A DNA stretch of 64,000 nucleotides from an uncultured bacterium (GCA_964616725.1 CAZTRW010000001.1:9465-73464), one strand, 5' to 3'. Counted from the stretch's first letter, positions 10,082-19,357 are shown. A program made the numbers and translations. Notes: generated by a model not told the origin, from the sequence alone.

Positions 10082-10912
10082 GTGGACTTAACTAAGATTT
10101 TTCAAACGCCAAACCCCATTATTGGTGTCGTTCATCTCCTCTCCCTACCGACCTCATCGCGGTGGGGAGGAAATCTCAACACTGTGATTGCCCGGGCTGA
10201 GCGAGAAGCAACGGCCTTGGCCTCCGGTGGCGTAGACGGCATCATTGTAGAAAACTTTTTTGACGCGCCCTTTACGAAAGACCGAGTTGATCCCGCAGTG
10301 GTTAGTGCCATGAGCTTAATTGTTGATCGGCTCAAAAATCTGGTCACCTTACCCATTGGGGTCAATGTCTTACGCAATGATGCTCATAGTGCCTTGGCGA
10401 TCGCCTCTTGTCTAGAAGCCGCCTTCATTCGAGTCAACGTCCTCACCGGCATCATGGCCACCGATCAAGGCTTAATCGAAGGCAGAGCCCACGAACTGCT
10501 CCGCTATCGTCGCGAATTAGGCACAGACGTAAAAATCTTTGCCGATGTCCTCGTCAAACACGCTTATCCCCTAGGCGATCAACTGCTCACCCCCACCATT
10601 CAAGAAACCATAGACCGAGGTCTAGCCGATGCCATTATCCTCTCCGGGCCAACCACGGGCACTCCCCCTAAACCAGAAGATCTCCAACTCGCCCGTCAAT
10701 GCACCCAGGCAACCCCCCTATTCATCGGGAGTGGCGCAGATTGGCATAACATTGGTTCCCTGCTGGAAAATGCGGATGGGGTGATTATTGCCAGCGCTCT
10801 CAAGCGCCACGGCCAAATTGACCAACCGATTGATCCGACACGAGTCAATCGGTTTGTGGAAGCAGCTCAACACAGTCTCAAAACTCGTCATTTTCCTGAG
10901 GAGAAACTTTGA
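10082..10912 (+). CDS. btpA: Photosystem I biogenesis protein BtpA
   Basis: IIGVVHL, IVENFFDAPF, GVNVLRND, FIRVNVLTG, ADVLVKHA. Confidence 0.92.
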   Translation: MDLTKIFQTPNPIIGVVHLLSLPTSSRWGGNLNTVIARAEREATALASGGVDGIIVENFFDAPFTKDRVDPAVVSAMSLIVDRLKNLVTLPIGVNVLRNDAHSALAIASCLEAAFIRVNVLTGIMATDQGLIEGRAHELLRYRRELGTDVKIFADVLVKHAYPLGDQLLTPTIQETIDRGLADAIILSGPTTGTPPKPEDLQLARQCTQATPLFIGSGADWHNIGSLLENADGVIIASALKRHGQIDQPIDPTRVNRFVEAAQHSLKTRHFPEEKL

Positions 10913-10965
10913 CTGGGCGATCCTAGTCCATCTCAACACAATCAGTAGAGTTTAGGAATCAAAAT

Positions 10966-11445
10966 ATGGCGATAAAAACAAACATTCGTTCTTTTGTTTC
11001 TGGGTGGCTAGGCTTGACCCTGGGAGGATTGACCCTCATTGGCCCTGTTACTCCCCTGGGAATAGAAAGTTTGCCAGCCCAAGCTCAAGGTACCGTCACG
11101 CCTCAACCAATTAATACCCCTTCTACCCCCGCTAGTTTGGCTCTAGCGGAACATCTCCAGCGACTAGGGGCAAAAATGTATGGCGCGTCTTGGTGTCCCC
11201 ATTGCCAGTCTCAAAAAGAGCGATTTGGAGCAGAGGCGGTGACCCGTTTTTTTTACTCACCTACCCAGGCTGTGTATGTGGAATGTTCTCCGAATGGGCG
11301 GAATACTCCTCAAGCTCCTGTGTGTCAGCAAGCGGAAATTCGAGCCTATCCGACTTGGGTAATCAATGGAGAAAAATATGAGGGAAGTTTATCTCTAGAA
11401 AAGCTGGCTGAATTGTCGGGATATTCAGGTTCGCTACAGTTTTAA
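10966..11445 (+). CDS. Exported stand-alone thioredoxin-like protein, paralog of the VKOR C-terminal domain
   Basis: Signal peptide ending AQA; LAEHL..GAKMYGASWCPHC..QK; YVEC; AYPTW. Confidence 0.78.
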   Translation: MAIKTNIRSFVSGWLGLTLGGLTLIGPVTPLGIESLPAQAQGTVTPQPINTPSTPASLALAEHLQRLGAKMYGASWCPHCQSQKERFGAEAVTRFFYSPTQAVYVECSPNGRNTPQAPVCQQAEIRAYPTWVINGEKYEGSLSLEKLAELSGYSGSLQF

Positions 11446-11535
11446 GGGGTGGATTCCGGGCGGGATATTGGTCAACTCTTGCCTTTTTGTGTTGCAATCA
11501 AAGATAGTAATCCCCATTTACCGCAGAATGAGAGT

Positions 11536-12456
11536 ATGAGACGTAGGCGTTCTATTCCCTGGATTCATCGTTGGTCTCGACCAATTATGGCAGCGATCGC
11601 CACTTTAGGGGCGATCGAAACTGCCTTTTTAACTTGGGCAGAGTTGGCAGGACAAGTAGAAGCTATCTGTCCCACCACTGGCTGTAAACAGGTGTTAGGA
11701 AGTCCCTATGCCATGGTGTTTGGTCAGCCTCTTACCCTGTTTGGCTGTTTAGGCTATACCGCTATGGTGATGCTGGCGATCGCACCCTTATTCCTCAATC
11801 AGGATGAGCAAAAAGAACGACGACTCACCGTAGAGCAATGGACCCAATTTCTCCTCTTTACCACCAGTACCGTCATGGTAGTAGGCAGCGCCTATCTTGT
11901 CTACCTGATGGCCTTTAAAATCGAGGCCTTCTGCCCCTATTGCCTAATTTCTGCCTGCTTGTCCCTCAGTTTATTCGTCCTATCCATCATTGGCCATCCC
12001 TGGGAAGATATCGGACAACTCGCCTTTACCGGCATCACCGTAGGAATGGTTACCCTAGTCGCTACTCTAGGAGTCTATGGTAGTGTCAACAATGCCACTA
12101 ATAATGCCGCCACTCCCCCAGGAACTCCCCCTCTAGTAACCACCCCCTCTGGGCCCGCTGAAATCGCCTTAGCCGAGCATCTCAAGCAAATTGGGGCGAA
12201 AGAATATGGAGCCTATTGGTGTCCCCATTGCCATGAGCAAAAGCAGTTATTTGGCAAAGAAGCGGCTGATCTGATTAACTATGTTGAGTGTGCTGCCGAT
12301 GGGGTAAACTCTCAGATGGCTCAATGCCAGGCCGCAGGAGTGCAAGCCTTTCCCACTTGGGAGATTAAGGGGCAACTTCACGCCGGAACTAAGTCCCTGA
12401 ACGAATTAGCTGATTTATCCGGTTATCAAGGCCCCCGTAATTTCCGACCACAGTGA
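11536..12456 (+). CDS. VKOR-thioredoxin fusion (cyanobacterial disulfide bond formation enzyme)
   Basis: Starts MRRRRSIPWIHRWSR. VKOR cysteines (CPTTGC, FCPYC), VLGSPYA, C-terminal WCPHC thioredoxin domain. Confidence 0.9.
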   Translation: MRRRRSIPWIHRWSRPIMAAIATLGAIETAFLTWAELAGQVEAICPTTGCKQVLGSPYAMVFGQPLTLFGCLGYTAMVMLAIAPLFLNQDEQKERRLTVEQWTQFLLFTTSTVMVVGSAYLVYLMAFKIEAFCPYCLISACLSLSLFVLSIIGHPWEDIGQLAFTGITVGMVTLVATLGVYGSVNNATNNAATPPGTPPLVTTPSGPAEIALAEHLKQIGAKEYGAYWCPHCHEQKQLFGKEAADLINYVECAADGVNSQMAQCQAAGVQAFPTWEIKGQLHAGTKSLNELADLSGYQGPRNFRPQ

Positions 12457-12562
12457 TGGGGATTGCTAGGATTGCTCTCTATGCAAATACCCTTAACTCT
12501 TTCTCCCTGGTCAAGCTAGACTCGCATTTTCCCCCAGGGGGAGTTTTTACCCCAAAGACACA

Positions 12563-12583
12563 TTCATGCCGGACGTAGTCCGA
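12563..12583 (+). repeat. 21-nt hairpin element, copy 1
   Basis: TTCATGCCGGACGTAGTCCGA followed by AA; interrupts CAAAGACACA|AAGGACACTAAG. Confidence 0.8.
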
Positions 12584-12614
12584 AAGGACACTAAGTTTTT
12601 TCTTAAGTACCTGA

Positions 12615-14789
12615 TTGGTAATACTACCGCCCTTGCCTGTGAGCCATATCATTGATTCTTTTTGGACTCAACTGACTCGCCGTTTTTCTAATCGCCATCG
12701 AGTCATTTTTACAGCGTCTGGTATCACTTTAGTCATTCTGGCTCTACGTTCTTTGAGTCTATTCCAATCCCTGGAATTACTAGCCTTTGATGCTTTTATC
12801 CGTCTGCGTCCTCAGTTACCCAAGGATCACCGGATTGTGATTATTGGTATTGATGAGCCTGATCTGCAAAAGTTAGGTTCTCAGATTCCCGATCGCACCC
12901 TAGCGGCTCTCTTGCAAAAAATCCATCAAGGTCAACCGAGTGTGATTGGTTTGGATTTGTACCGGGATCTCCCGATCAATCCTGGTCATGAACAATTACA
13001 AGCCGTGATGAAACAATTACCGAATTTGATCGGTATAGAGCGCATTGAAGATCAAATTTCGCCTCGCGTCCCTCCCCCTCCAGTGTTAGATCCGAAAACT
13101 CAAGTGGGGTTTAATAATGTGGTTCTTGATGTCGATAGTAAGGTGCGCCGAGGATTGCTGTATCTACACGCCGATCAGGTTTTGCACAGAAGTTTTGCTT
13201 TACAAATTGCCCTTCAATACCTAGAACCGTCACAGATACAAGAAAATCCCGCACCGGTTAATCCTCAATACTTGCAGCTAGGAAAAGGGGTTTTTTATCC
13301 CTTTCAACCCCATGATGGCGGTTATGTAAAAGCCGATAATAAAGGGTATCAATTTTTAGCTGATTTTCGTGGCCCGCGGAATACATTTACCACGGTTTCG
13401 ATTTCTGATGTCTTGGAGAATAAAGTAAGTCAGGAGTTATTTCGCGATCGCATCGTCTTAATCGGCTTAACAGCCGTGAGTCTCAAAGATTTTGTGGAAA
13501 TTCCCTACAGTCACCCAGAAAAAGTACCAGGAGTAGAAGCGCAAGCCAATTTGATTAGCTTTATTATCGATGTCGCACAGGGACAACAAACCTTAATCAG
13601 AAGTTTACCCGATCTGCTGGAAGGGCTATGGATTTTTGCTTGGTCTGGTTTGGGAACGGTGTTGGCGTGGAAATTTCGAGTTCCCTATCAGTTTCTGCTG
13701 GTGTCTATATCAGCAATGGCATTGCTCATTACTATAAGCTATATGCTGTTTGTTGATCGCTGGTGGTTTCCCGTGATTCCTCCTGTGGCGGGGTTTGGTG
13801 GTGCTGCGGTGATGATTTTAGCTCATTTTGCCTATCAAGAAGGGGAACTCAAGCGATCCACAGAGTTTCTGCAAGGAATTATTAACACCATTGCTGACCC
13901 CATTTTTGTCAAGGATCAAAACCATCGCTGGATTGTGCTCAATCAAGCCTATGCTCACTTGGTTGGTTATCCTCTTCAGGTGCTGATCGAAAAAACGGAA
14001 TATGAATTGTTTTCCCAAGCCGAAGCAGAGCGGTTTTGGCAGCAAGATGAGCAGATTTTTATTACCCACCAAACGACAGAGCAGGAGGAAGTGTTTACTG
14101 ATGCAGGCGGCATTCGACGAGTAATCGCGACGAAAAGATCCCTCCATCGAGACTCTGGAGGGAATTTGTTCTTGGTGGGGGTGATCCGAGATATTACGCA
14201 GCAAAAGGAACGGGAAGCGGAGTTACAGCGGTTGGCGGAAGAGTTGAAACGACATAATGCGGAACTGCGCCTTTCTGAGGATCAGATGCGTCATCTGGCG
14301 AATCATGATGCGCTGACGGGTTTGGCAAACCGGAAGTTGTTTGAGGAAAAACTCCAAGAGGCTTTGGTGTCTGCTCGCGCTCATGAGAAGATGCTGGCAA
14401 CGTTTTTTCTGGATTTGGATGGCTTTAAGCAAATTAATGATTCCTTGGGCCATGATATGGGGGATGTGGTGATTAAAGAAGTGGCTCAACGACTCAAGCA
14501 TTCTTTGCGGGGGACAGATACGGTGGCTCGATTGGGAGGGGACGAGTTTACCGTAATTTTACCGGAAATTCCGAGTGAATCTGTGGCGATTCGAGTGGCG
14601 GAAAAAATTATTGCGGCAGTGACTCAGCCTCTGATAATTGGCGATCGCCAACTTCATATTACTCTGAGCTTAGGGATTAGTCTTTATCCCGATCACGGGG
14701 AAACCCTGGAAACTCTCGTTAAATCAGCCGATCAGGCCATGTATCAAGCGAAAATTGCCGGTAAAAATCGCTATCTTCTGGCTTCTTGA
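12615..14789 (+). CDS. CHASE2-TM-PAS-GGDEF diguanylate cyclase
   Basis: CHASE2 motifs (IVIIGIDE, IGLDLYRDLP, GFNNV..D.D..VRR, PGVEAQAN), three TM segments, a PAS domain, intact GGDEF with RGTD I-site. Start codon uncertain. Confidence 0.92.
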   Translation: MVILPPLPVSHIIDSFWTQLTRRFSNRHRVIFTASGITLVILALRSLSLFQSLELLAFDAFIRLRPQLPKDHRIVIIGIDEPDLQKLGSQIPDRTLAALLQKIHQGQPSVIGLDLYRDLPINPGHEQLQAVMKQLPNLIGIERIEDQISPRVPPPPVLDPKTQVGFNNVVLDVDSKVRRGLLYLHADQVLHRSFALQIALQYLEPSQIQENPAPVNPQYLQLGKGVFYPFQPHDGGYVKADNKGYQFLADFRGPRNTFTTVSISDVLENKVSQELFRDRIVLIGLTAVSLKDFVEIPYSHPEKVPGVEAQANLISFIIDVAQGQQTLIRSLPDLLEGLWIFAWSGLGTVLAWKFRVPYQFLLVSISAMALLITISYMLFVDRWWFPVIPPVAGFGGAAVMILAHFAYQEGELKRSTEFLQGIINTIADPIFVKDQNHRWIVLNQAYAHLVGYPLQVLIEKTEYELFSQAEAERFWQQDEQIFITHQTTEQEEVFTDAGGIRRVIATKRSLHRDSGGNLFLVGVIRDITQQKEREAELQRLAEELKRHNAELRLSEDQMRHLANHDALTGLANRKLFEEKLQEALVSARAHEKMLATFFLDLDGFKQINDSLGHDMGDVVIKEVAQRLKHSLRGTDTVARLGGDEFTVILPEIPSESVAIRVAEKIIAAVTQPLIIGDRQLHITLSLGISLYPDHGETLETLVKSADQAMYQAKIAGKNRYLLAS

Positions 14790-15069
14790 GATCAACTCAG
14801 TTTCTTGCCGAAAGTTTTAACAATTCTTTATAATTTAGCTCAATTTTCTCCGGTTTAACCCGATAAAGTGAGAATAAAGGAGAAGAATTCCGTAGATTCT
14901 CAGAGTTTTCTGCGCAGAACTCCCGGTTTTTCAGAAAGACAATACAAAATCTTCTGAAAAAAAAAACCGTATATGCACGGAATTTTGCCGAAGGGATGAT
15001 TGACAATCAGTTTTAAATTCGGTAAAACTGCCAGTATAATTGAAAGTAAGTCTCGAATAGGCTAGGGTT

Positions 15070-15303
15070 ATGAGTATGGAAACCGTCTTGGCATTAGAAA
15101 ATATGACCGTTATGTTGGCAAGTGGTTTGTTGGCGATCGCCAGTTTCTCCTCACCTAGCTGGGGAGTAACCAATACGCACGGTAACATTCACGAGATGGC
15201 TGAAGTTCATCAAGCCGTCCCTCCTTTGGCTGTGTTGCTGAAAGGCTATGAACCTCCTGATAATGGGAAACCTGACCATACAGGAGATACAGGGGGGCGT
15301 TAA
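15070..15303 (+). CDS. Small putative secreted peptide precursor with C-terminal PPDNGKP..GGR motif
   Basis: 77 aa; hydrophobic N-region (VMLASGLLAIASFSSPSWG) and Pro/Gly-rich tail ending in Arg; co-oriented 280 nt behind the CHASE2 gene. Confidence 0.55.
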   Translation: MSMETVLALENMTVMLASGLLAIASFSSPSWGVTNTHGNIHEMAEVHQAVPPLAVLLKGYEPPDNGKPDHTGDTGGR

Positions 15304-15654
15304 CTTAATCTAATCTGTTATCCTCACGGGTTAAGGTAAATCAGGGATACAAAAAATTGCCCGATCAAGGGTTTATATTAATTAAAATTACCATATACTC
15401 ATCAAGCTAAGGCAGACTCTATCTAGCCTGTGGGCTGGTGTGCCCTAGAGAAATATCAAGTTTCTTTACGGTTTTGCGTGGGAGAAGTAACTTATCCTTA
15501 AGGATAAAGTGTAGTTGTTCTGAGTTGACAAGAATTAGATTCAACCTTTCTATAGGATAGCACGGGAAATACAGAAGTGAAAACCCAGGGCGATCGCTTC
15601 CTCAGTAACACCAATTCGGAAAATCTCGCAAGACGCTTTTGCTTCTCAGTTCAA

Positions 15655-15888
15655 CATAATAGCGCTTCGCGCTGTATCTCCCTGATTCTCCCGATTTTAA
15701 TCCTATAGAAATGCGGTGGTGTCTTTTGTCTGAGGTTTTGCCCCTACTACCAGTGCTATAATTGATGTTCTTCTGTCCGTAGCTCTGAAGTTGATTGATC
15801 CTGTTCATGTCGGACGAAGTCCGAAAACCTTTAAAAAACTGGTTGACTCATTGTTGTACTGTCCATCATAACAGCGCTAAGCGCTGTA
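15655..15888 (+). repeat. Two copies of a 22-nt palindromic unit CATAAYAGCGCTNNGCGCTGTA
   Basis: Copies at 15655-15676 and 15867-15888; 3 mismatches between them. Confidence 0.7.
15804..15824 (+). repeat. 21-nt hairpin element, copy 2
   Basis: TTCATGTCGGACGAAGTCCGA followed by AA. Confidence 0.8.
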
Positions 15889-16020
15889 GTTCCCCTGCTG
15901 GGGCAGTGAAAAAAAGGGAATGATCGGCTTTTGATCCTGGCGATCGCCACTCTAGACCCTTCTCCATAGATCTGGGACAATCTAAAGAATGCCAAACGCT
16001 AATTCTGATGGTTTCCCAGA

Positions 16021-16968
16021 TTGATCATGAAAATTGCACAAGATATTACCCAATTAGTGGGGCGCACTCCCTTGGTTCGCTTAAACCGAATACCCCCCGC
16101 AGAGGGATGTGTGGCTGAAATTGTGGTAAAGCTCGAAAGTATGAATCCAGCCTCTTCCGTTAAAGATCGGATTGGGGTCAATATGATTAATGCGGCTGAA
16201 CGACAAGGGTTGATTTCTCCCGATAAGACGGTTTTGGTGGAACCCACTTCTGGAAATACGGGGATTGCTTTGGCGATGGTTGCCGCAGCGCGAGGGTATC
16301 GGTTAATTTTGCTGATGCCAGAAACTATGAGTGCGGAACGACGGGCAATGTTAAAAGCCTATGGTGCAGAGTTAATTCTCACACCCGGTTCGGAAGGGAT
16401 GGGGGGATGTATTCGGCGAGCACTGGAAGTGGTGGATACTACGCCTAATGCTTATATGCTACAGCAGTTTCAAAATCCGGCGAATCCTCAGATTCACCGA
16501 CAAACTACAGCCCAGGAAATTTGGTTAGATACTGATGGCATGGTGGATATGGTGGTTGCTGGTGTGGGGACTGGAGGCACGATTACGGGGGTGGCAGAAG
16601 TGCTGAAGCAGAAGAAGGGGACGGTACAGATGATTGCGGTGGAGCCGAAAACCTCGCCGGTGCTATCGGGGGGACAACCGGGACCTCATAAAATTCAAGG
16701 GATTGGTGCAGGATTTATTCCGGAAGTGTTGAGAGTGGATTTAATTGATGAGATTATTACGGTTGGGGACGAGGAGGCGATCGCCTTTAGTCGCCGTTTA
16801 GCCAGGGAGGAAGGGTTGCTATCAGGAATCTCTACGGGGGCGGCTTTGTGTGCAGCGATTCAGGTGGCACAACGGGAAGAAAACCGCGATCGCCTGATTG
16901 TGATGATTCAGCCTAGTTTTGGCGAGCGATACTTGAGTACCCCCTTGTTTCAAGACTTAGAGGTTTGA
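16021..16968 (+). CDS. cysK: Cysteine synthase A
   Basis: NPASSVKDR (PLP lysine), [31 protein letters not shown]. Confidence 0.97.
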   Translation: MIMKIAQDITQLVGRTPLVRLNRIPPAEGCVAEIVVKLESMNPASSVKDRIGVNMINAAERQGLISPDKTVLVEPTSGNTGIALAMVAAARGYRLILLMPETMSAERRAMLKAYGAELILTPGSEGMGGCIRRALEVVDTTPNAYMLQQFQNPANPQIHRQTTAQEIWLDTDGMVDMVVAGVGTGGTITGVAEVLKQKKGTVQMIAVEPKTSPVLSGGQPGPHKIQGIGAGFIPEVLRVDLIDEIITVGDEEAIAFSRRLAREEGLLSGISTGAALCAAIQVAQREENRDRLIVMIQPSFGERYLSTPLFQDLEV

Positions 16969-17072
16969 GGCACAAGGACGGGGGAGGTTCTCCAGTTTCT
17001 CTGGTCTACTACGCCCCTTTTCTCTGTGATATCCTAACCTAGGGAGGTAGTGTTTCCTGATTAGTTACTGAT

Positions 17073-17753
17073 ATGGTAGATGTAAATCCTTATGAAATTT
17101 TGGGGGTAAAACCAACCGCGACGCAAGCACAAATCCATCAGGCTTATCGCCGTTTGGTGAAACGCTATCATCCTGATGTTAATCCCAATCTCGGCGATCG
17201 CGAACAGATTGTACGTCTCAATCTTGCCTATGAAACCCTCAGCGATCCTGACGGTCGTCGGGTTTGTGATCGCCAATTTTATGATCCCCCTGCCTCCCAA
17301 CCTCGGCAAAAACAGAGATCAGCTCGTCGTTCAACCCCTCTAGATCCGGATCAACACTGGCAGCAATGGCTCAAACAAGTGTATTATCCGGTGAGCAGTA
17401 CCCTCGGTCAAATGATTGATTCGATTGAAACGGAAATTGAAGCTCTTTCCGCCGATCCCTTTGATGATGAATTACTGGCTAATTTCCAAACCTATCTCAC
17501 TACCTGTCACTTTCAACTAGAGCAGATTCAAAAACGCTTTCGTTCTCTACCCAATCCTAATCCAGTCGCTAGTATTGCTGCCCATCTCTATTATTGTCTC
17601 AATCAAGTGAGCGATGGTTTAGAAGAATTTTATTGGTTTACCCAAAACTATGACGATCATTATTTACATACAGGTTTAGAACTATTTCGGATTGCCGATG
17701 GACTTCGCCAAGAGGCTCAAGAGGCGTTGCAAGAAGTTTATGCGATCGCCTAA
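17073..17753 (+). CDS. J-domain (DnaJ type III) protein
   Basis: NPYEILGV...YRRLVKRYHPD...LNLAYETLSDP. Confidence 0.87.
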   Translation: MVDVNPYEILGVKPTATQAQIHQAYRRLVKRYHPDVNPNLGDREQIVRLNLAYETLSDPDGRRVCDRQFYDPPASQPRQKQRSARRSTPLDPDQHWQQWLKQVYYPVSSTLGQMIDSIETEIEALSADPFDDELLANFQTYLTTCHFQLEQIQKRFRSLPNPNPVASIAAHLYYCLNQVSDGLEEFYWFTQNYDDHYLHTGLELFRIADGLRQEAQEALQEVYAIA

Positions 17754-17777
17754 TTGCCTGAGATTAACCTGCCTCTG

Positions 17778-17996
17778 CTACTGTTGTTGTGGTGGCGGAG
17801 AAGGGTCTGGAGATGGGGGGGTTTTCTGGGAAGCATGAACCAGCCAACCAATTACCAACACGAGGATTGCGCCTAAAATATATCCTAAACCAGCAAAACC
17901 AAAGCGATCGGCAGCAAAGCTAATCCATTGTCCAAAACCTTGCTTGGGGGGGGGATCGTTCATATCGTTCATAAAGTCTTCCTCATTAGCTTTCAA
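17778..17996 (-). CDS. Small membrane protein, hypothetical
   Basis: One TM segment and a Pro-rich tail; overlaps the stop of the upstream gene. Confidence 0.45.
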   Translation of the reverse strand: MKANEEDFMNDMNDPPPKQGFGQWISFAADRFGFAGLGYILGAILVLVIGWLVHASQKTPPSPDPSPPPQQQ

Positions 17997-18582
17997 ATAA
18001 TTCTGAGAGTTCTTCAGTGCTCGTGCCTAGAATGCGAGCTAATTTAGAGATTTCATTATCGGTAAATCCGTCTCGAATTTGGATCAGTTCTTTGGGCGAT
18101 CGCCCAATAATCCGAGCGATCGCGCCCACTTGTTCATCCGTAATTTCCTTACCTCCATAAATATCTCGCAAATCTTGAGGCGAGAGTTTATAGGAGTCAC
18201 AAAAACGGACAAATTCTTTATCACTAATATCGAGTTGTTCTTGGCGATCGCGCAACATAAACATAATTGCCCGTGAGCCATGATCGGGACGCTTAAACCG
18301 TTCTACATACTGCTTGTAGATCTCGTTAACTTGGGCAGGAGTTCCCCCTACATGCTTAACCAAGTCTGTACAAGCCATTCTCAAGGCCTTAGTTAAGGTT
18401 TTATTGTATTGAGAGAGTTTTTCATTTTCCTGGCGCAACTTTTCTGACTGATTAATCGTATCTACAATACTGGCAGCAAATTCAGGAGTACAGACTCCCA
18501 CATCAGCATCCTCGTAGGAAATGGGGATATAGGATCGATTCGGATTAAATTGCAAGCGTAAAGACGGGTTATTTGGTTCCAT
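17986..18582 (-). CDS. Conserved hypothetical protein, coiled coil plus possible XRE-like HTH repeats
   Basis: Start set at MEPNN (18582). C-terminus has two HTH-like repeats (ITDEQVGAIARIIGRSPKEL / FTDNEISKLARILGTSTEEL). Confidence 0.65.
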   Translation of the reverse strand: MEPNNPSLRLQFNPNRSYIPISYEDADVGVCTPEFAASIVDTINQSEKLRQENEKLSQYNKTLTKALRMACTDLVKHVGGTPAQVNEIYKQYVERFKRPDHGSRAIMFMLRDRQEQLDISDKEFVRFCDSYKLSPQDLRDIYGGKEITDEQVGAIARIIGRSPKELIQIRDGFTDNEISKLARILGTSTEELSELFES

Positions 18583-18603
18583 AAAGTTTGATGTAGTAGC
18601 GCT

Positions 18604-18624
18604 TTCCTGTCGGATGAAGTCCGA
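18604..18624 (+). repeat. 21-nt hairpin element, copy 3
   Basis: TTCCTGTCGGATGAAGTCCGA followed by AA; 2 mismatches to copy 2. Confidence 0.8.
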
Positions 18625-18684
18625 AACCCAGGGCAGTTCAGGCGGCAATGACTGAACCTGGGTCTATTGTAGTTCACCTTGGGG

Positions 18685-19356
18685 CTAAATTCGATTGGAG
18701 GCTAAACGGTCGGCGATGCGAGTGGTTTCGGGTAGGCGATACTGGGGACTACAGGCTAACACATAGGCGATCGCTGTGGCTAGACTGATGCGATGACCAA
18801 CAGAGACATAGAGAGGGTTTACCCCAGTACGAGTTCGCAACACCGCACCAATGGTTTCCTCTCTGTCTTGGAGAGGTTGCCAACTGCCTCGCTCTGGTGC
18901 TAAGTTCTTGTAAGTACCGATAAACCGAGATTTCGCCACTCCAATGGTGGGACAATCGAGGAGGACTCCCAAGTGACAGGCTAACCCAAAACGGCGAGGG
19001 TGAGCGAGTCCTTGCCCATCGCACAGGATTAAATCCGGGAGGGTTTTGAGGGAGCGCAAGGCGGCTAAAATGGGGGGGACTTCCCGAAAGGAGAGAAATC
19101 CGGGAATATAGGGAAAGGCTGTGGGATAAATGGCGATCGCTGTTTCTTCTAGCACCAAGCTAGGAAAACTGAGGACGGCTACGGCGGCTCTGGCGGTTTT
19201 ACCTTGATTTTCAAAGCCCACATCCACTCCTGCCACCCACTCAACTTTCCCTACTGTATCCCAGACAATTACCTGGTTTCGCCCTTGCTCTTGTATTAAT
19301 TGTGCCTCTGATAAGGAGGTGGGCCATGGAGAAGGATCGGGAAGGGTGATCATCAT
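18685..19356 (-). CDS. nfi: Endonuclease V
   Basis: [52 protein letters not shown]. Confidence 0.95.
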   Translation of the reverse strand: MMITLPDPSPWPTSLSEAQLIQEQGRNQVIVWDTVGKVEWVAGVDVGFENQGKTARAAVAVLSFPSLVLEETAIAIYPTAFPYIPGFLSFREVPPILAALRSLKTLPDLILCDGQGLAHPRRFGLACHLGVLLDCPTIGVAKSRFIGTYKNLAPERGSWQPLQDREETIGAVLRTRTGVNPLYVSVGHRISLATAIAYVLACSPQYRLPETTRIADRLASNRI

Positions 19357-19357
19357 A

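Noticed and set aside
12563-12595. Hammerhead ribozyme or c-di-GMP riboswitch upstream of the diguanylate cyclase (GTCC-GAAA-GGAC stem)
   Set aside because: The CUGANGA core and second GAAA are missing, and I could not find a GEMM P1/P2 arrangement. The stem is explained by the 21-nt element abutting a repeat.
15602-15808. 68-aa minus-strand ORF
   Set aside because: Its ATG is supplied by the 21-nt element, part of it is the AGCGCT palindrome, and it has no recognisable motif. Probably incidental.
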